Shown piece by piece: positions 28,341 to 36,777 of a stretch of DNA of 64,000 nt. Numbering within the stretch: the first letter of the stretch is position 1; each line of letters starts with the position of its first letter. The notes under the pieces were generated by a model, which did no database searches, was not told the origin of the DNA, and saw only the letters and a list, made by a program, of their open reading frames with translations. Position numbers and translations under genes: made by a program. The DNA is from Patescibacteria group bacterium (GTDB taxonomy: Bacteria; Patescibacteriota; Patescibacteriia; Patescibacteriales; UBA12465). The stretch is taken from the NCBI GenBank assembly GCA_041658665.1, contig JBAZZR010000001.1:384576-448575 (forward strand). The letters run 5' to 3'.

Positions 28341-28676
28341 GTGATTATATTGGGTCTAAAGTATGAATCGATTAACATTTTTCGTTCAAATTTACCGGCC
28401 ATAATTCATCCGTACAATGTCCGCGTTATCGCCGTTCGTCCTTGGTGGCATTTCTTTTTGTTTACAAACGGCCAAACCGAGGCGATATTTCTTAAGCTGA
28501 ATTGTCTAGATAAAGAATCTGTGCTTTTAGGAATTACGGCCGCTCTTAAGAAGGAAGGAGGTATTTACGCCAAAACTTTTCTTAAATGTATTAAACACGT
28601 TACCATTTCTCAGGGACGTGAAACCAACCTAAAAATTGACTGGTCCGAAAAAGATCAGTGCCTACAACTTGAATAG
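28341..28676 (+). CDS. Hypothetical protein (orphan 4)
   Basis: 111-aa ORF (GTG in the track; in-frame TTG at 28350) preceded by a strong AAGGAGG. Bracketed by the 26-bp inverted repeats. Confidence 0.5.
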   Translation: MIILGLKYESINIFRSNLPAIIHPYNVRVIAVRPWWHFFLFTNGQTEAIFLKLNCLDKESVLLGITAALKKEGGIYAKTFLKCIKHVTISQGRETNLKIDWSEKDQCLQLE

Positions 28677-28729
28677 CGTTTCTCGTTATCAAGAATGGGA
28701 GCTTATATTTCCGTTCCATCTATAAGCTC

Positions 28730-28755
28730 TCCATCCCCAAAAGCATTTTGTAAAA
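28730..28755. repeat. Inverted repeat, right arm
   Basis: TCCATCCCCAAAAGCATTTTGTAAAA. It ends 2 nt before the -35 of promoter copy B. Confidence 0.6.
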
Positions 28756-28757
28756 AA

Positions 28758-28804
28758 TTGACAGAAATATAGCCTAATGCTATATTTTTTTATTACTTTA
28801 ACAA
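28758..28804 (+). promoter_or_regulatory. Reiterated promoter/leader module, copy B
   Basis: TTGACAGAAATATAGCCTAATGCTATATTTTTTTATTACTTTAACAA. 5 mismatches in 53 nt relative to copy C. Confidence 0.55.
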
Positions 28805-28836
28805 TCAATTTTATTTAATTAATAGAGGAGTCACTC

Positions 28837-29202
28837 ATGTTAACGATTGCTGTTATTTTTATATCTACCGCTCTTTTACTCTACTCTACGGCTATTTGGT
28901 CGGAAAGAATTATAGGGGTGTTAAAATTATGGATGATAAGAATTTTTATTTCGGCTTTTGTCTGTGACTTATTAGCGACGTCTCTGATGGCTTATCAAGC
29001 GACAACTAGGTTCGAGCTTAATGCCCATAGTCGCTCGGGTTATATAGCCTTAGGTATCATGGGGTTACATTTTATTTGGGCCATTATCGCCATAAGATGC
29101 AAAGGTCAAGCGGAAAAATATTTTCATCGTTTCTCCCTATTGGCTTGGCTCATTTGGTTAGCCGCTTTTATTAGCGGTGTGCCTAAAGTTCATTTTTTTT
29201 AA
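28837..29202 (+). CDS. Small 4-TM membrane protein (possibly TIGR03987/HsmA-like)
   Basis: 121 aa with four hydrophobic helices. The family name is from recollection only. Confidence 0.5.
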   Translation: MLTIAVIFISTALLLYSTAIWSERIIGVLKLWMIRIFISAFVCDLLATSLMAYQATTRFELNAHSRSGYIALGIMGLHFIWAIIAIRCKGQAEKYFHRFSLLAWLIWLAAFISGVPKVHFF

Positions 29203-29205
29203 CAG

Positions 29206-29237
29206 AAAATCCTCGTCAGCTGATGGGGATTTTTTTA
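29206..29237 (+). terminator. Intrinsic terminator
   Basis: ATCCTC-N12-GGGGAT hairpin (one G.U pair) followed by TTTTTTT. Confidence 0.55.
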
Positions 29238-29353
29238 TTTAGATTATTTAATTTCTAGTTTCTCAATTTAAAGTTTTTGCTTCGTCGATTAATGTCCCCG
29301 TCCTATTTTTAATCATTAGTACCTTTAAGAAATTGAAAAAAATTGAATAAAAA

Positions 29354-29400
29354 TTGACAAAAATATGGCATAATGCTATATTTTTTTATTACCTTAACAA
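29354..29400 (+). promoter_or_regulatory. Reiterated promoter/leader module, copy C
   Basis: TTGACAAAAATATGGCATAATGCTATATTTTTTTATTACCTTAACAA. Confidence 0.55.
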
Positions 29401-29438
29401 TTAATTAACCAATAAACATAAGTGTAGCAAAGGAGTTC

Positions 29439-30560
29439 ATGATGAATCAGAAAATCAAAGATTTTTTTCAGAGATTTTTAAATCCGGCTGGAATCAGAAT
29501 TAATGGGAAGCGTCCTTGGGATCTTCAAGTCCATAATGATGGTTTCTATGACCGTGTCTTAAAACAAGGTTCCTTGGGTTTAGGGGAGTCTTATATGGAT
29601 AGCTGGTGGGACTGTGAGTCTTTAGACGAATTTTTTAATCGGGTTATTAAAGCTGACTTGGGGAGCAAAATACGTTGGGATCTTAAAAGTTATCTGTTTG
29701 CTCTCAAGAACATATTAATTAATCAGCAAAGAAAGAGTAAGGCGCGTGAAGTTGGCCAAAGTCATTATGACTTAGGGAATGATTTATATGCCGCTATGCT
29801 TGACCCTTCTTTGTCTTATAGCTGTGGCTATTGGTCTAAAGCACAAAATTTAGCGCAAGCTCAAGAAGCTAAACTTGAGCTTATTTGTCGCAAGTTAAAT
29901 TTAAAAGCGGGAGATGATGTTTTAGATATCGGCGGCGGCTGGGGTAATTTTGCTAGATATGCTGCCAAAAAATACGGCGTTCATGTTGACGTCGTAACAG
30001 TTTCTCGAAAACAAGTGGAGTTAGGCAAAAAATTATGTGCCGATTTAGACGTCTGTTTTTTATTGCAAGACTACCGCGAGATTCAGGGCTTCTATAATCA
30101 TATAATCTCCGTCGGAATGATTGAACACGTAGGGTATAAAAATTATCGCACTTATATGCAGACTGTGGCCGATAGTTTAAAAGACGATGGGTTATTTCTC
30201 CTCCATACTATTGGGAGGAATAAATCTACCAGATTTAATGACCGGTGGATAGCGAAATATAGTTTTGTTAATTCTATGTTACCGTCGATGAGACAACTAT
30301 CTAAAGCTATAGAAAATTTATTCGTTCTTGAAGACCTGCATAGCTTTGGAGCGGATTACGATAGAACGCTTATGGTTTGGTTTGCTAATTTCGAAAAAAA
30401 TTGGCCGGATCTAAGAGAAAAATATGGCGATAGGTTTTATCGTCAATGGAAATATTATCTACTTTCTTGTGCGGGGGCTTTCCGGGCTCGAAAGAATCAG
30501 GTTTGGCAGATCGTTTTATCTAAAAATGGTGTGCCCGGCGGATACAGATCTGTTCGTTAA
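29439..30560 (+). CDS. cfa: Cyclopropane-fatty-acyl-phospholipid synthase
   Basis: 373 aa, colinear with E. coli Cfa. Shared strings include LGLGESYMD.WW, GQSHYDLGNDL, VLDIGGGWG, LLQDYR, GMIEHVG, LLHTIG, FGADYDRTLM.W and CAGAFRAR. Confidence 0.9.
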   Translation: MMNQKIKDFFQRFLNPAGIRINGKRPWDLQVHNDGFYDRVLKQGSLGLGESYMDSWWDCESLDEFFNRVIKADLGSKIRWDLKSYLFALKNILINQQRKSKAREVGQSHYDLGNDLYAAMLDPSLSYSCGYWSKAQNLAQAQEAKLELICRKLNLKAGDDVLDIGGGWGNFARYAAKKYGVHVDVVTVSRKQVELGKKLCADLDVCFLLQDYREIQGFYNHIISVGMIEHVGYKNYRTYMQTVADSLKDDGLFLLHTIGRNKSTRFNDRWIAKYSFVNSMLPSMRQLSKAIENLFVLEDLHSFGADYDRTLMVWFANFEKNWPDLREKYGDRFYRQWKYYLLSCAGAFRARKNQVWQIVLSKNGVPGGYRSVR

Positions 30561-30587
30561 TTATTAGTCGGTTCTTAATTATTAATC

Positions 30588-30620
30588 AGAGGCGTTTGGA
30601 TTTCCAGACGCCTTCTTTTT
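30588..30620 (+). terminator. Intrinsic terminator after cfa
   Basis: GGCGTTTGG-N5-CCAGACGCC hairpin followed by TTCTTTTT. Confidence 0.75.
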
Positions 30621-30626
30621 ATATTT

Positions 30627-30655
30627 TTGTCTTATCTAAGCAAATTTGCTATAAT
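30627..30655 (+). promoter_or_regulatory. Promoter of the efflux operon
   Basis: TTGTCT, 17-nt spacer, TATAAT. Confidence 0.5.
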
Positions 30656-30708
30656 TTTAAGGTCAGCCCGGCTATTCGCCGTTAATATTTTAGTAGATTA
30701 TTTAATTT

Positions 30709-32628
30709 ATGTCCGCCCAAAAAAATCATAAAAAGAGATGGATTATCATTATTAGTTTAGTTTTAGTGCTTGGTTTAGTTATTTTTTTCTTATTGCGGAA
30801 GAAAACGACGGTTGATTATACTACGGTCGAATTAAAGAAGGGAACTTTAATCCAAACAGTCGCTGAAGTTGGTACGGTCAAGGCGAATAAGGAATTAGAG
30901 TTGAATTTTAGTCTCAGCGGCCGGATTAATAAGATAACGACTAAAGTCGGAGAATTAGTAAAGAAGGGGCAGATTTTAATGGAACTTGATTTAAGTTCAT
31001 TACTTCTTAAAGAAAAGGAGGCGTCTTCTAATTTAGAAGTAGCTCAAGCTAATTTAAATAAATTATTAAAAGGGGCGACTCCTCAGGAATTAGCGATTTT
31101 AGATGCTCAAGTGAGCCAAGCCCGTGTAGCTTATGAATCCGCTTCGAACGATTTAGATAAGACTGAAGCAGTGGCGAAAGAAAACTTGACTCAGGCGGCG
31201 AAGAGTTTAGCTGATTTAGAGTCTAACAGTGAAATCGATGTTACGCCTCAAGAACAAGCTATTTTAACCGCTGAAAATAATTTAGCTAATGTTAAAAGTA
31301 GCTCTCAACAAACTTTGGATAATAGTCGTAATAATACTTTAATTGTCGCCGACGCGAAAATGGCTATTGCTAACACCGCGTTAGATTATGTTAGTCGTCT
31401 TTTAAATGACAATGACTTAAAAAGCACCTTTAGTGTTTTAGACGGGGCTAATTTAAATAGTACCAAAGTTTCTTATAATGCGGGGTTGGTTTTAAAAGCT
31501 CAATTAACTAGCGTTTTAGCTATTGCTAAAAAAGATCCTAGTGAAGAAAATTTACGTGCCCTGTCTAGCGGCGCTTTAGCTTATCTCAACGGTGTTTATC
31601 AGGCGGTTAGTTACTGTTTTAAAGCTTTAGAGGCGACAGTTGTTTCTTCTTATCTTTCCCAAACTACTTTAGATTTATATAAAAGTAATGTGAGCGCTAA
31701 TTTATCCGCGCTGAGCGCCGGAATTAGCGTAGTTCAAGAAGCGGACTATAGTCTGACCAACTCTTTGTTGGCTTATAAAAACAATGTGGCGACGGCTACG
31801 GATTCTTTATCAGCCGCGAAAGTTAATTTAAATAATGCTATAAAATTAGCGAGGAATTCTTATAATTCTACTAAATTAAGTGGCGAAAGCCAGGTAGCGG
31901 ATGCTAAGGCTCGGATGGCGGCGGCCCGGGAAGCTTGGAGTGTCGCCTACAAACAACTGACAAAAATTAAAACGTCTGCCCGGGTTGAAGATATTGAATT
32001 ATCGCGTGCTCAGTTAGCGCAAGCTCAGGCTAATTTAGATCTAATCAAGAAACAGGAATCAGACAGTCAGATAATTGCTCCTATTGATGGACAAGTTTCC
32101 AAAATAAATTATGAAATTGGCGAACAAGTTGGAACCCTAGCTGCTTTAACTATGTTGACCGAAAATAATTTCGAAATTGAGGTGGATATTTCCGAATCAG
32201 ATATTTCCAAAATTAAATTACAGGACCCGGTGGCCATTACTTTTGATGCTTTCGGCGAAGTTCGTCAGTTCAAGGGTCAGATTTATTTTATCGAACCGGC
32301 TTCGACGGTCATTCAAGGAGTTATTTATTATAAAGTAAAAATTCTGCTAGTCGATAGCCCGGAAAATCTTGTTGACATTAAAGCGGGCATGACCGCTAAT
32401 ACGACGATCATGACTAATAAAAAGGAGGATATTTTCATGGTGCCGGCGCGGGCGGTGATTGATAAAAATGGGGCGGGGAAATTTATTCGACTTTTAGAAA
32501 ATGGCCAAGTGCGGGAGATTTCAGTCGTCGTTGGCATATCCGGTAATGATGGTCTCTTAGAAATAAAAGGCGACGGTTTAAGCGCTGGCCAAGCGGTAAT
32601 TACTTTCGTTAATACTAAGAGTAATTAA
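30709..32628 (+). CDS. HlyD/MacA-type membrane-fusion (periplasmic adaptor) protein with very long coiled coil
   Basis: 639 aa. N-terminal TM anchor, lipoyl-like halves (GQILMELD ... IIAPIDGQVSKINYEIGEQV), a coiled coil of about 350 aa, and a beta-barrel C-terminus. Confidence 0.8.
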   Translation: MSAQKNHKKRWIIIISLVLVLGLVIFFLLRKKTTVDYTTVELKKGTLIQTVAEVGTVKANKELELNFSLSGRINKITTKVGELVKKGQILMELDLSSLLLKEKEASSNLEVAQANLNKLLKGATPQELAILDAQVSQARVAYESASNDLDKTEAVAKENLTQAAKSLADLESNSEIDVTPQEQAILTAENNLANVKSSSQQTLDNSRNNTLIVADAKMAIANTALDYVSRLLNDNDLKSTFSVLDGANLNSTKVSYNAGLVLKAQLTSVLAIAKKDPSEENLRALSSGALAYLNGVYQAVSYCFKALEATVVSSYLSQTTLDLYKSNVSANLSALSAGISVVQEADYSLTNSLLAYKNNVATATDSLSAAKVNLNNAIKLARNSYNSTKLSGESQVADAKARMAAAREAWSVAYKQLTKIKTSARVEDIELSRAQLAQAQANLDLIKKQESDSQIIAPIDGQVSKINYEIGEQVGTLAALTMLTENNFEIEVDISESDISKIKLQDPVAITFDAFGEVRQFKGQIYFIEPASTVIQGVIYYKVKILLVDSPENLVDIKAGMTANTTIMTNKKEDIFMVPARAVIDKNGAGKFIRLLENGQVREISVVVGISGNDGLLEIKGDGLSAGQAVITFVNTKSN

Positions 32629-32632
32629 ATTT

Positions 32633-33346
32633 ATGTTGATTGCCGTCAGGGATTTATTTAAGAGTTATGGCGAAGGCGAATTAATAACTGATGTTTTACG
32701 CGGTTTAAATTTTAATATTGCTAAAGGAGAATTCGTGTCGATTATGGGGCCATCGGGTTCGGGTAAATCGACCTTGATGCATATTTTAGGTCTCCTAGAT
32801 CGGCCGACTAGCGGCGAATACCTATTAGACGGTAAGAACATAGTCGACCTTAATGACGATGAATTAGCGAAACTGCGCAATAAGAAAATTGGTTTTATTT
32901 TTCAAGCCTTTAATTTATTGCCGCGGACCACGGTTTTAGAAAATGTAAAATTACCTTTAATTTATTCAGACGGCCATCACGATCCCGATAAATTAGCGCG
33001 TCAAGTTTTAGAAAGCGTTGGTTTAGCGCATCGTCTTGATTATTATACTAATCAAATTTCGGGCGGCGAAAAACAGCGTGTCGCTATTGCGCGGGCGCTC
33101 GTTAATAATCCGTCGGTTATTTTTGCGGATGAGCCGACCGGTAACTTAGATTCTCGTTCCGGAACACAGATTATGGAAATTTTACAACGGCTTAATGATG
33201 AAGGGAATACCATTATTTTAGTGACGCACGAAACTTATACAGCGGAACATGCTAAGCGAATTATTAAAATAAAAGACGGCCAAATAATCTCAGATGAGTT
33301 ACTCTCGCACCGTCGGCTGGCTAAAGACGGAGAATTTTTGAAATAA
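32633..33346 (+). CDS. ABC transporter ATP-binding protein (MacB/LolD family)
   Basis: Walker [10 protein letters not shown], signature [15 protein letters not shown], Walker [12 protein letters not shown]. Confidence 0.9.
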   Translation: MLIAVRDLFKSYGEGELITDVLRGLNFNIAKGEFVSIMGPSGSGKSTLMHILGLLDRPTSGEYLLDGKNIVDLNDDELAKLRNKKIGFIFQAFNLLPRTTVLENVKLPLIYSDGHHDPDKLARQVLESVGLAHRLDYYTNQISGGEKQRVAIARALVNNPSVIFADEPTGNLDSRSGTQIMEILQRLNDEGNTIILVTHETYTAEHAKRIIKIKDGQIISDELLSHRRLAKDGEFLK

Positions 33347-33352
33347 ATTGCC

Positions 33353-34600
33353 ATGCATTTGCCTATCAGACAATCAATTTTAATTTCTTTAAGGGCGCTT
33401 CTAACTAATAAAGCTAGAAGTTTTTTGACTATGCTTGGCATCATTATCGGTGTGGGCGCAGTAGTTTTAATTATGTCCTTAGGCGCGGGAGCGCAAAGTC
33501 TTATTTTAGATCAGATAAAAAGTTTGGGCAGTAATTTAATTGGCGTTCTGCCCGGTAAATCAGAAAGTAATGGTCCGCCGGCTACCGCCATGGGTATTCA
33601 AATTACTACCCTAGTAACAGACGACTTAGAAGCGATTCGTCGGCAAGTTCCTAATATTGTCGGGGCGGCTGGTTATTCTCGGGGTTTGGCAACGGCTAAT
33701 TGGGGAAATAATAGTTACGAAACTAATATTAATGGTTGTTCTATTGATTATTTAAAAGTTGAGGGTGGAGAAGTCGCGACGGGTCGTTTTTTTACCGCTG
33801 AAGAAGATCAGGGTATGGCGAAAGTCGCGGTTCTCGGATCAACTGTAAAACAAGAGTTATTTGGCGATTCTGACGCTTTGGGTCGTCAAATTAAGATTAA
33901 GAAACAAGCTTTTGAAGTTATTGGTGTAATGGTGCCGCGCGGCAAAGTAACTTTTACTGATTATGATGATCAAATTTATATTCCTCTTAAGACTACTCAG
34001 AAATTAATTAACGGCGTCAACTATTTAAGTTTTTTGCGAGCTAAAGTTAATAGTGAACAGAATATTAATCAAGCGATTGATGATGTCAGTCGTTTACTGC
34101 GCAGTCGTCATAATATTAGCGATGAGAGTGGCCAGGACGATGATTTTTCGGTTCGGAGTATGGCGCAAGCCCTAGATATGATTACTACTATTACTGACGC
34201 TTTAAAATATTTTTTAATCGCTATGGCCGCTATATCTTTAGTAGTTGGTGGAATTGGTATTATGAACATAATGTTGATTAGTGTTAGTGAACGAACGAGA
34301 GAAATTGGTTTGCGTAAAGCCGTCGGCGCTAATAATACGAATATTGTTTGGCAGTTTTTAATTGAGTCAGTCACGATTACCGTTATTGGCGGATCAATGG
34401 GTATTATCGGGGGAATTTTTATGTCTTGGCTAGTATCTTTAGTTATTAATAAACTCGGTTATAATTATGATTTTATTATTAATTTTTCGTCGGTATTTTT
34501 AGCTTTATTCGTTTCGGTTATGATTGGTGTAATTTTTGGTTTATATCCCGCGCGGAAAGCTAGTCGTTTAGAGCCCGTTGAATCCTTGAGCTATGAATAA
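33353..34600 (+). CDS. ABC transporter permease (MacB-like, FtsX domain)
   Basis: 415 aa. N-terminal TM, large periplasmic domain, C-terminal FtsX-type 3-TM bundle (ERTREIGLRKAVGA). Confidence 0.85.
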   Translation: MHLPIRQSILISLRALLTNKARSFLTMLGIIIGVGAVVLIMSLGAGAQSLILDQIKSLGSNLIGVLPGKSESNGPPATAMGIQITTLVTDDLEAIRRQVPNIVGAAGYSRGLATANWGNNSYETNINGCSIDYLKVEGGEVATGRFFTAEEDQGMAKVAVLGSTVKQELFGDSDALGRQIKIKKQAFEVIGVMVPRGKVTFTDYDDQIYIPLKTTQKLINGVNYLSFLRAKVNSEQNINQAIDDVSRLLRSRHNISDESGQDDDFSVRSMAQALDMITTITDALKYFLIAMAAISLVVGGIGIMNIMLISVSERTREIGLRKAVGANNTNIVWQFLIESVTITVIGGSMGIIGGIFMSWLVSLVINKLGYNYDFIINFSSVFLALFVSVMIGVIFGLYPARKASRLEPVESLSYE

Positions 34601-35852
34601 TTTAATTTCCGCTATAAAAATGGCTTGGCATTCTATGAACGCTAATAAAGTCAGGACTCTTCTGACTGTTTTAGGCGTCATGGTCGGTATTGCTAGTGTA
34701 ATTATAGTTTATTCCGCCGGGGAAGGGATCCGGGGTTTATTAGTCGGCCAATTAGAGGCCTTTGGTACTAATATTATTCAGACGGAAATTAAAGTGCCTA
34801 CTTCTAAAAAAGGTAGTTCGGGCGATAGTCAAAGCGCGATGGCGATTGCGTCTGGCGTTCAGGTTACTAGTATGACCTTAAAGGATTTAGAAGATATTAA
34901 AAAAATATCTAATATCACTGATGGTTACGCGGCGATTATGGCGCAAGAAAAAGCTAGCTACGCCAATGAAGCGCGTAAAGCTAATTTATTTGGCGTGAGC
35001 GTGAGTTATCTAAATATTGATAAAAGTACCATGGCAAGCGGTATTTTTTTTAGTGACGAGGATGACAAGTCTTTGAACCAAGTAGCTGTTTTAGGTAGTA
35101 AAATGAAGGATAAATTGTTTGGTGACTCTGATCCAATTGGGAGGTATATTACTTTGCGACAGACTAAATTCAAGGTTATCGGAGTTATGGAGTCGCGAGG
35201 CGCTACTTTTGGCCTTGATCTTGATGACTATATTTATGTTCCGATTCGGAGTTTACAGAAAAAAATTATGGGGACAGATTATGTCATGTATATGATTCAT
35301 AAATTTCGGGACCAAAAATTAAGCGCCGATACGGCCGAAGAAATTCGTCGTATTATGCGACAAAACCATGAGATAACTGACCCCAATAAAGACGATTTTC
35401 GCGTTTCGACTATGGACGATATGATGGCTACTTTAAATACCGTGACCGATGCTTTAACTTGGCTTTTATTGGCTATTGTCGCGATTTCTTTGTTAGTCGG
35501 CGGCGTAGGAATTCTCAATATTATGTATGTCATAGTGAGTGAAAGAACGGCGGAAATCGGTTTACGTAAGGCTGTCGGCGCCAATTATCGGGATATTATG
35601 ACGCAATTTTTAGTAGAAGCGGTACTGATTACCTTACTAGGAGCATTAGTCGGCATTGTTTTTGGTATTTTATTTTCTTGGTTAATCTCTCTTGGCGCGG
35701 GTCTGGCTGGCTTAGATTGGCAATTTAAGATTCCGTTACGGGCTTTTACTGTTTCCTTAACTTTTTCTTTTATTTGTGGTTTATTTTTTGGGGTTTATCC
35801 GGCTCGTCGAGCGGCTCGGCTTGATCCAATTGAAGCTCTGAGGAGGGAATAG
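34593..35852 (+). CDS. ABC transporter permease (MacB-like, FtsX domain), second paralog
   Basis: 419 aa with the same architecture (ERTAEIGLRKAVGA). 8-nt overlap with the previous gene. Confidence 0.85.
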   Translation: MNNLISAIKMAWHSMNANKVRTLLTVLGVMVGIASVIIVYSAGEGIRGLLVGQLEAFGTNIIQTEIKVPTSKKGSSGDSQSAMAIASGVQVTSMTLKDLEDIKKISNITDGYAAIMAQEKASYANEARKANLFGVSVSYLNIDKSTMASGIFFSDEDDKSLNQVAVLGSKMKDKLFGDSDPIGRYITLRQTKFKVIGVMESRGATFGLDLDDYIYVPIRSLQKKIMGTDYVMYMIHKFRDQKLSADTAEEIRRIMRQNHEITDPNKDDFRVSTMDDMMATLNTVTDALTWLLLAIVAISLLVGGVGILNIMYVIVSERTAEIGLRKAVGANYRDIMTQFLVEAVLITLLGALVGIVFGILFSWLISLGAGLAGLDWQFKIPLRAFTVSLTFSFICGLFFGVYPARRAARLDPIEALRRE

Positions 35853-35969
35853 GGAAAGATTAAAATACTTGACTTAATTAAATATAGGTGATTAAATAAG
35901 TGATTAAATAAGACAAATTAAATGAAACGTAACTAGTTCTTAAAAAACTAATCAAGAAGGAGAAATCAA

Positions 35970-36611
35970 ATGAGTTCCGCAGAATCTGAAAAAAAAGTCG
36001 ACAGAAGAATGGTCATCAATGGGAACGTTTACCAACGAATTATTTCCCATGAAGAAATGTTTCAGCGGGTCCAAGAGTTGGCCGCTCAAATTAAAAAAGA
36101 TTATCGGCAGTATGCTCAACCGCCGATACTTCTCTTCGTAGAGCTTGGGGCTTTATTTTTTTTATCAAATTTATCTCGAGCCTTAGATCGTTTGGCGTTT
36201 GATCATACGGTTGATTCTATCAGACTCAAGAAATTTACAAAAAATAAAGAAGCCGAACCGGTTAAAATTATTAATTTTCCGGTTGAAGACTTGGGTCGCC
36301 GCCATCTGATCGTCGTAGAGGATATTATTGACTCAGGCGAGTCTATGGATGTTTTGAATCAATATTTAAAACACTTAAAAGTTCCGCCTCAATCAGTTAA
36401 ATATTGTAGTTTACTATTAAGAAGTAAAAATAGTCATTTGCTCGGAGATGCGAATAGCCCTGTCCTAGATAAAAATGATTCACTCGATTTTAAGCTAGAT
36501 TTTAAGATAGAGTACTACGGATTTCTAGTAAAACCAGGCTGGGTTTTTGGGGAAGGAATGGATTATAACCATATTTTGCGGGGAGTGTCTGGTGTATATC
36601 AAGAAATCTAA
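35970..36611 (+). CDS. Phosphoribosyltransferase family protein (purine PRTase-like)
   Basis: 213 aa. PRPP-binding motif LIVVEDIIDSGESM. AAGGAG RBS. Confidence 0.6.
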   Translation: MSSAESEKKVDRRMVINGNVYQRIISHEEMFQRVQELAAQIKKDYRQYAQPPILLFVELGALFFLSNLSRALDRLAFDHTVDSIRLKKFTKNKEAEPVKIINFPVEDLGRRHLIVVEDIIDSGESMDVLNQYLKHLKVPPQSVKYCSLLLRSKNSHLLGDANSPVLDKNDSLDFKLDFKIEYYGFLVKPGWVFGEGMDYNHILRGVSGVYQEI

Positions 36612-36642
36612 GAAAAAAATTAGAAACTGAGAAACAAAAATT

Positions 36643-36680
36643 AAAAAACCCGGTATGGGATATACCGGGTTTGATTTTTT
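36643..36680 (+). terminator. Intrinsic terminator
   Basis: CCCGGTAT-N4-ATACCGGG hairpin followed by TTTGATTTTTT. Confidence 0.75.
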
Positions 36681-36710
36681 AAAATTTAGTTTTTAAAATT
36701 ATTGATAGTT

Positions 36711-36744
36711 AAAATGCCTGGCTTTTTTGAGTCAGGCATTTTTT
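36711..36744. terminator. Bidirectional terminator between convergent genes
   Basis: ATGCCTG-N12-CAGGCAT hairpin flanked by an A-run and a T-run. Confidence 0.6.
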
Positions 36745-36777
36745 ATAAAGTTATGGTCGTATTTTAGCCTTCTTGAG

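Larger units (their letters stand above)
11868..30620 (+). mobile_element. tRNA-adjacent accessory island: array of single-gene cassettes, no recombinase seen in the window
   Basis: Starts at the tRNA-Asn 3' end. Visibly more AT-rich and CpG-poor than the flanks. Accessory or orphan gene content. Internal decayed copies of the tRNA 3' end. The right boundary is uncertain (29.2-30.6 kb). Confidence 0.5.

Noticed and set aside
30567-30580. GTCGGTTCTTAAT just after the cfa stop resembles the tRNA T-arm start GTCGGTTCGAAT. It could be the outermost att remnant, marking the right island border.
   Set aside because: The exact match is only 8 nt and there is no continuation. An 8-mer match is expected by chance about once in a window this size. 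It is noted but not used as evidence.
11868-30620. Classical integron as the explanation for the cassette array.
   Set aside because: There is no intI-like integrase and no attI next to the array. Cassettes carry their own strong promoters. The junction repeats derive from a tRNA 3' end rather than showing R''-L''/L'-R' attC architecture. Only the formal analogy is retained.
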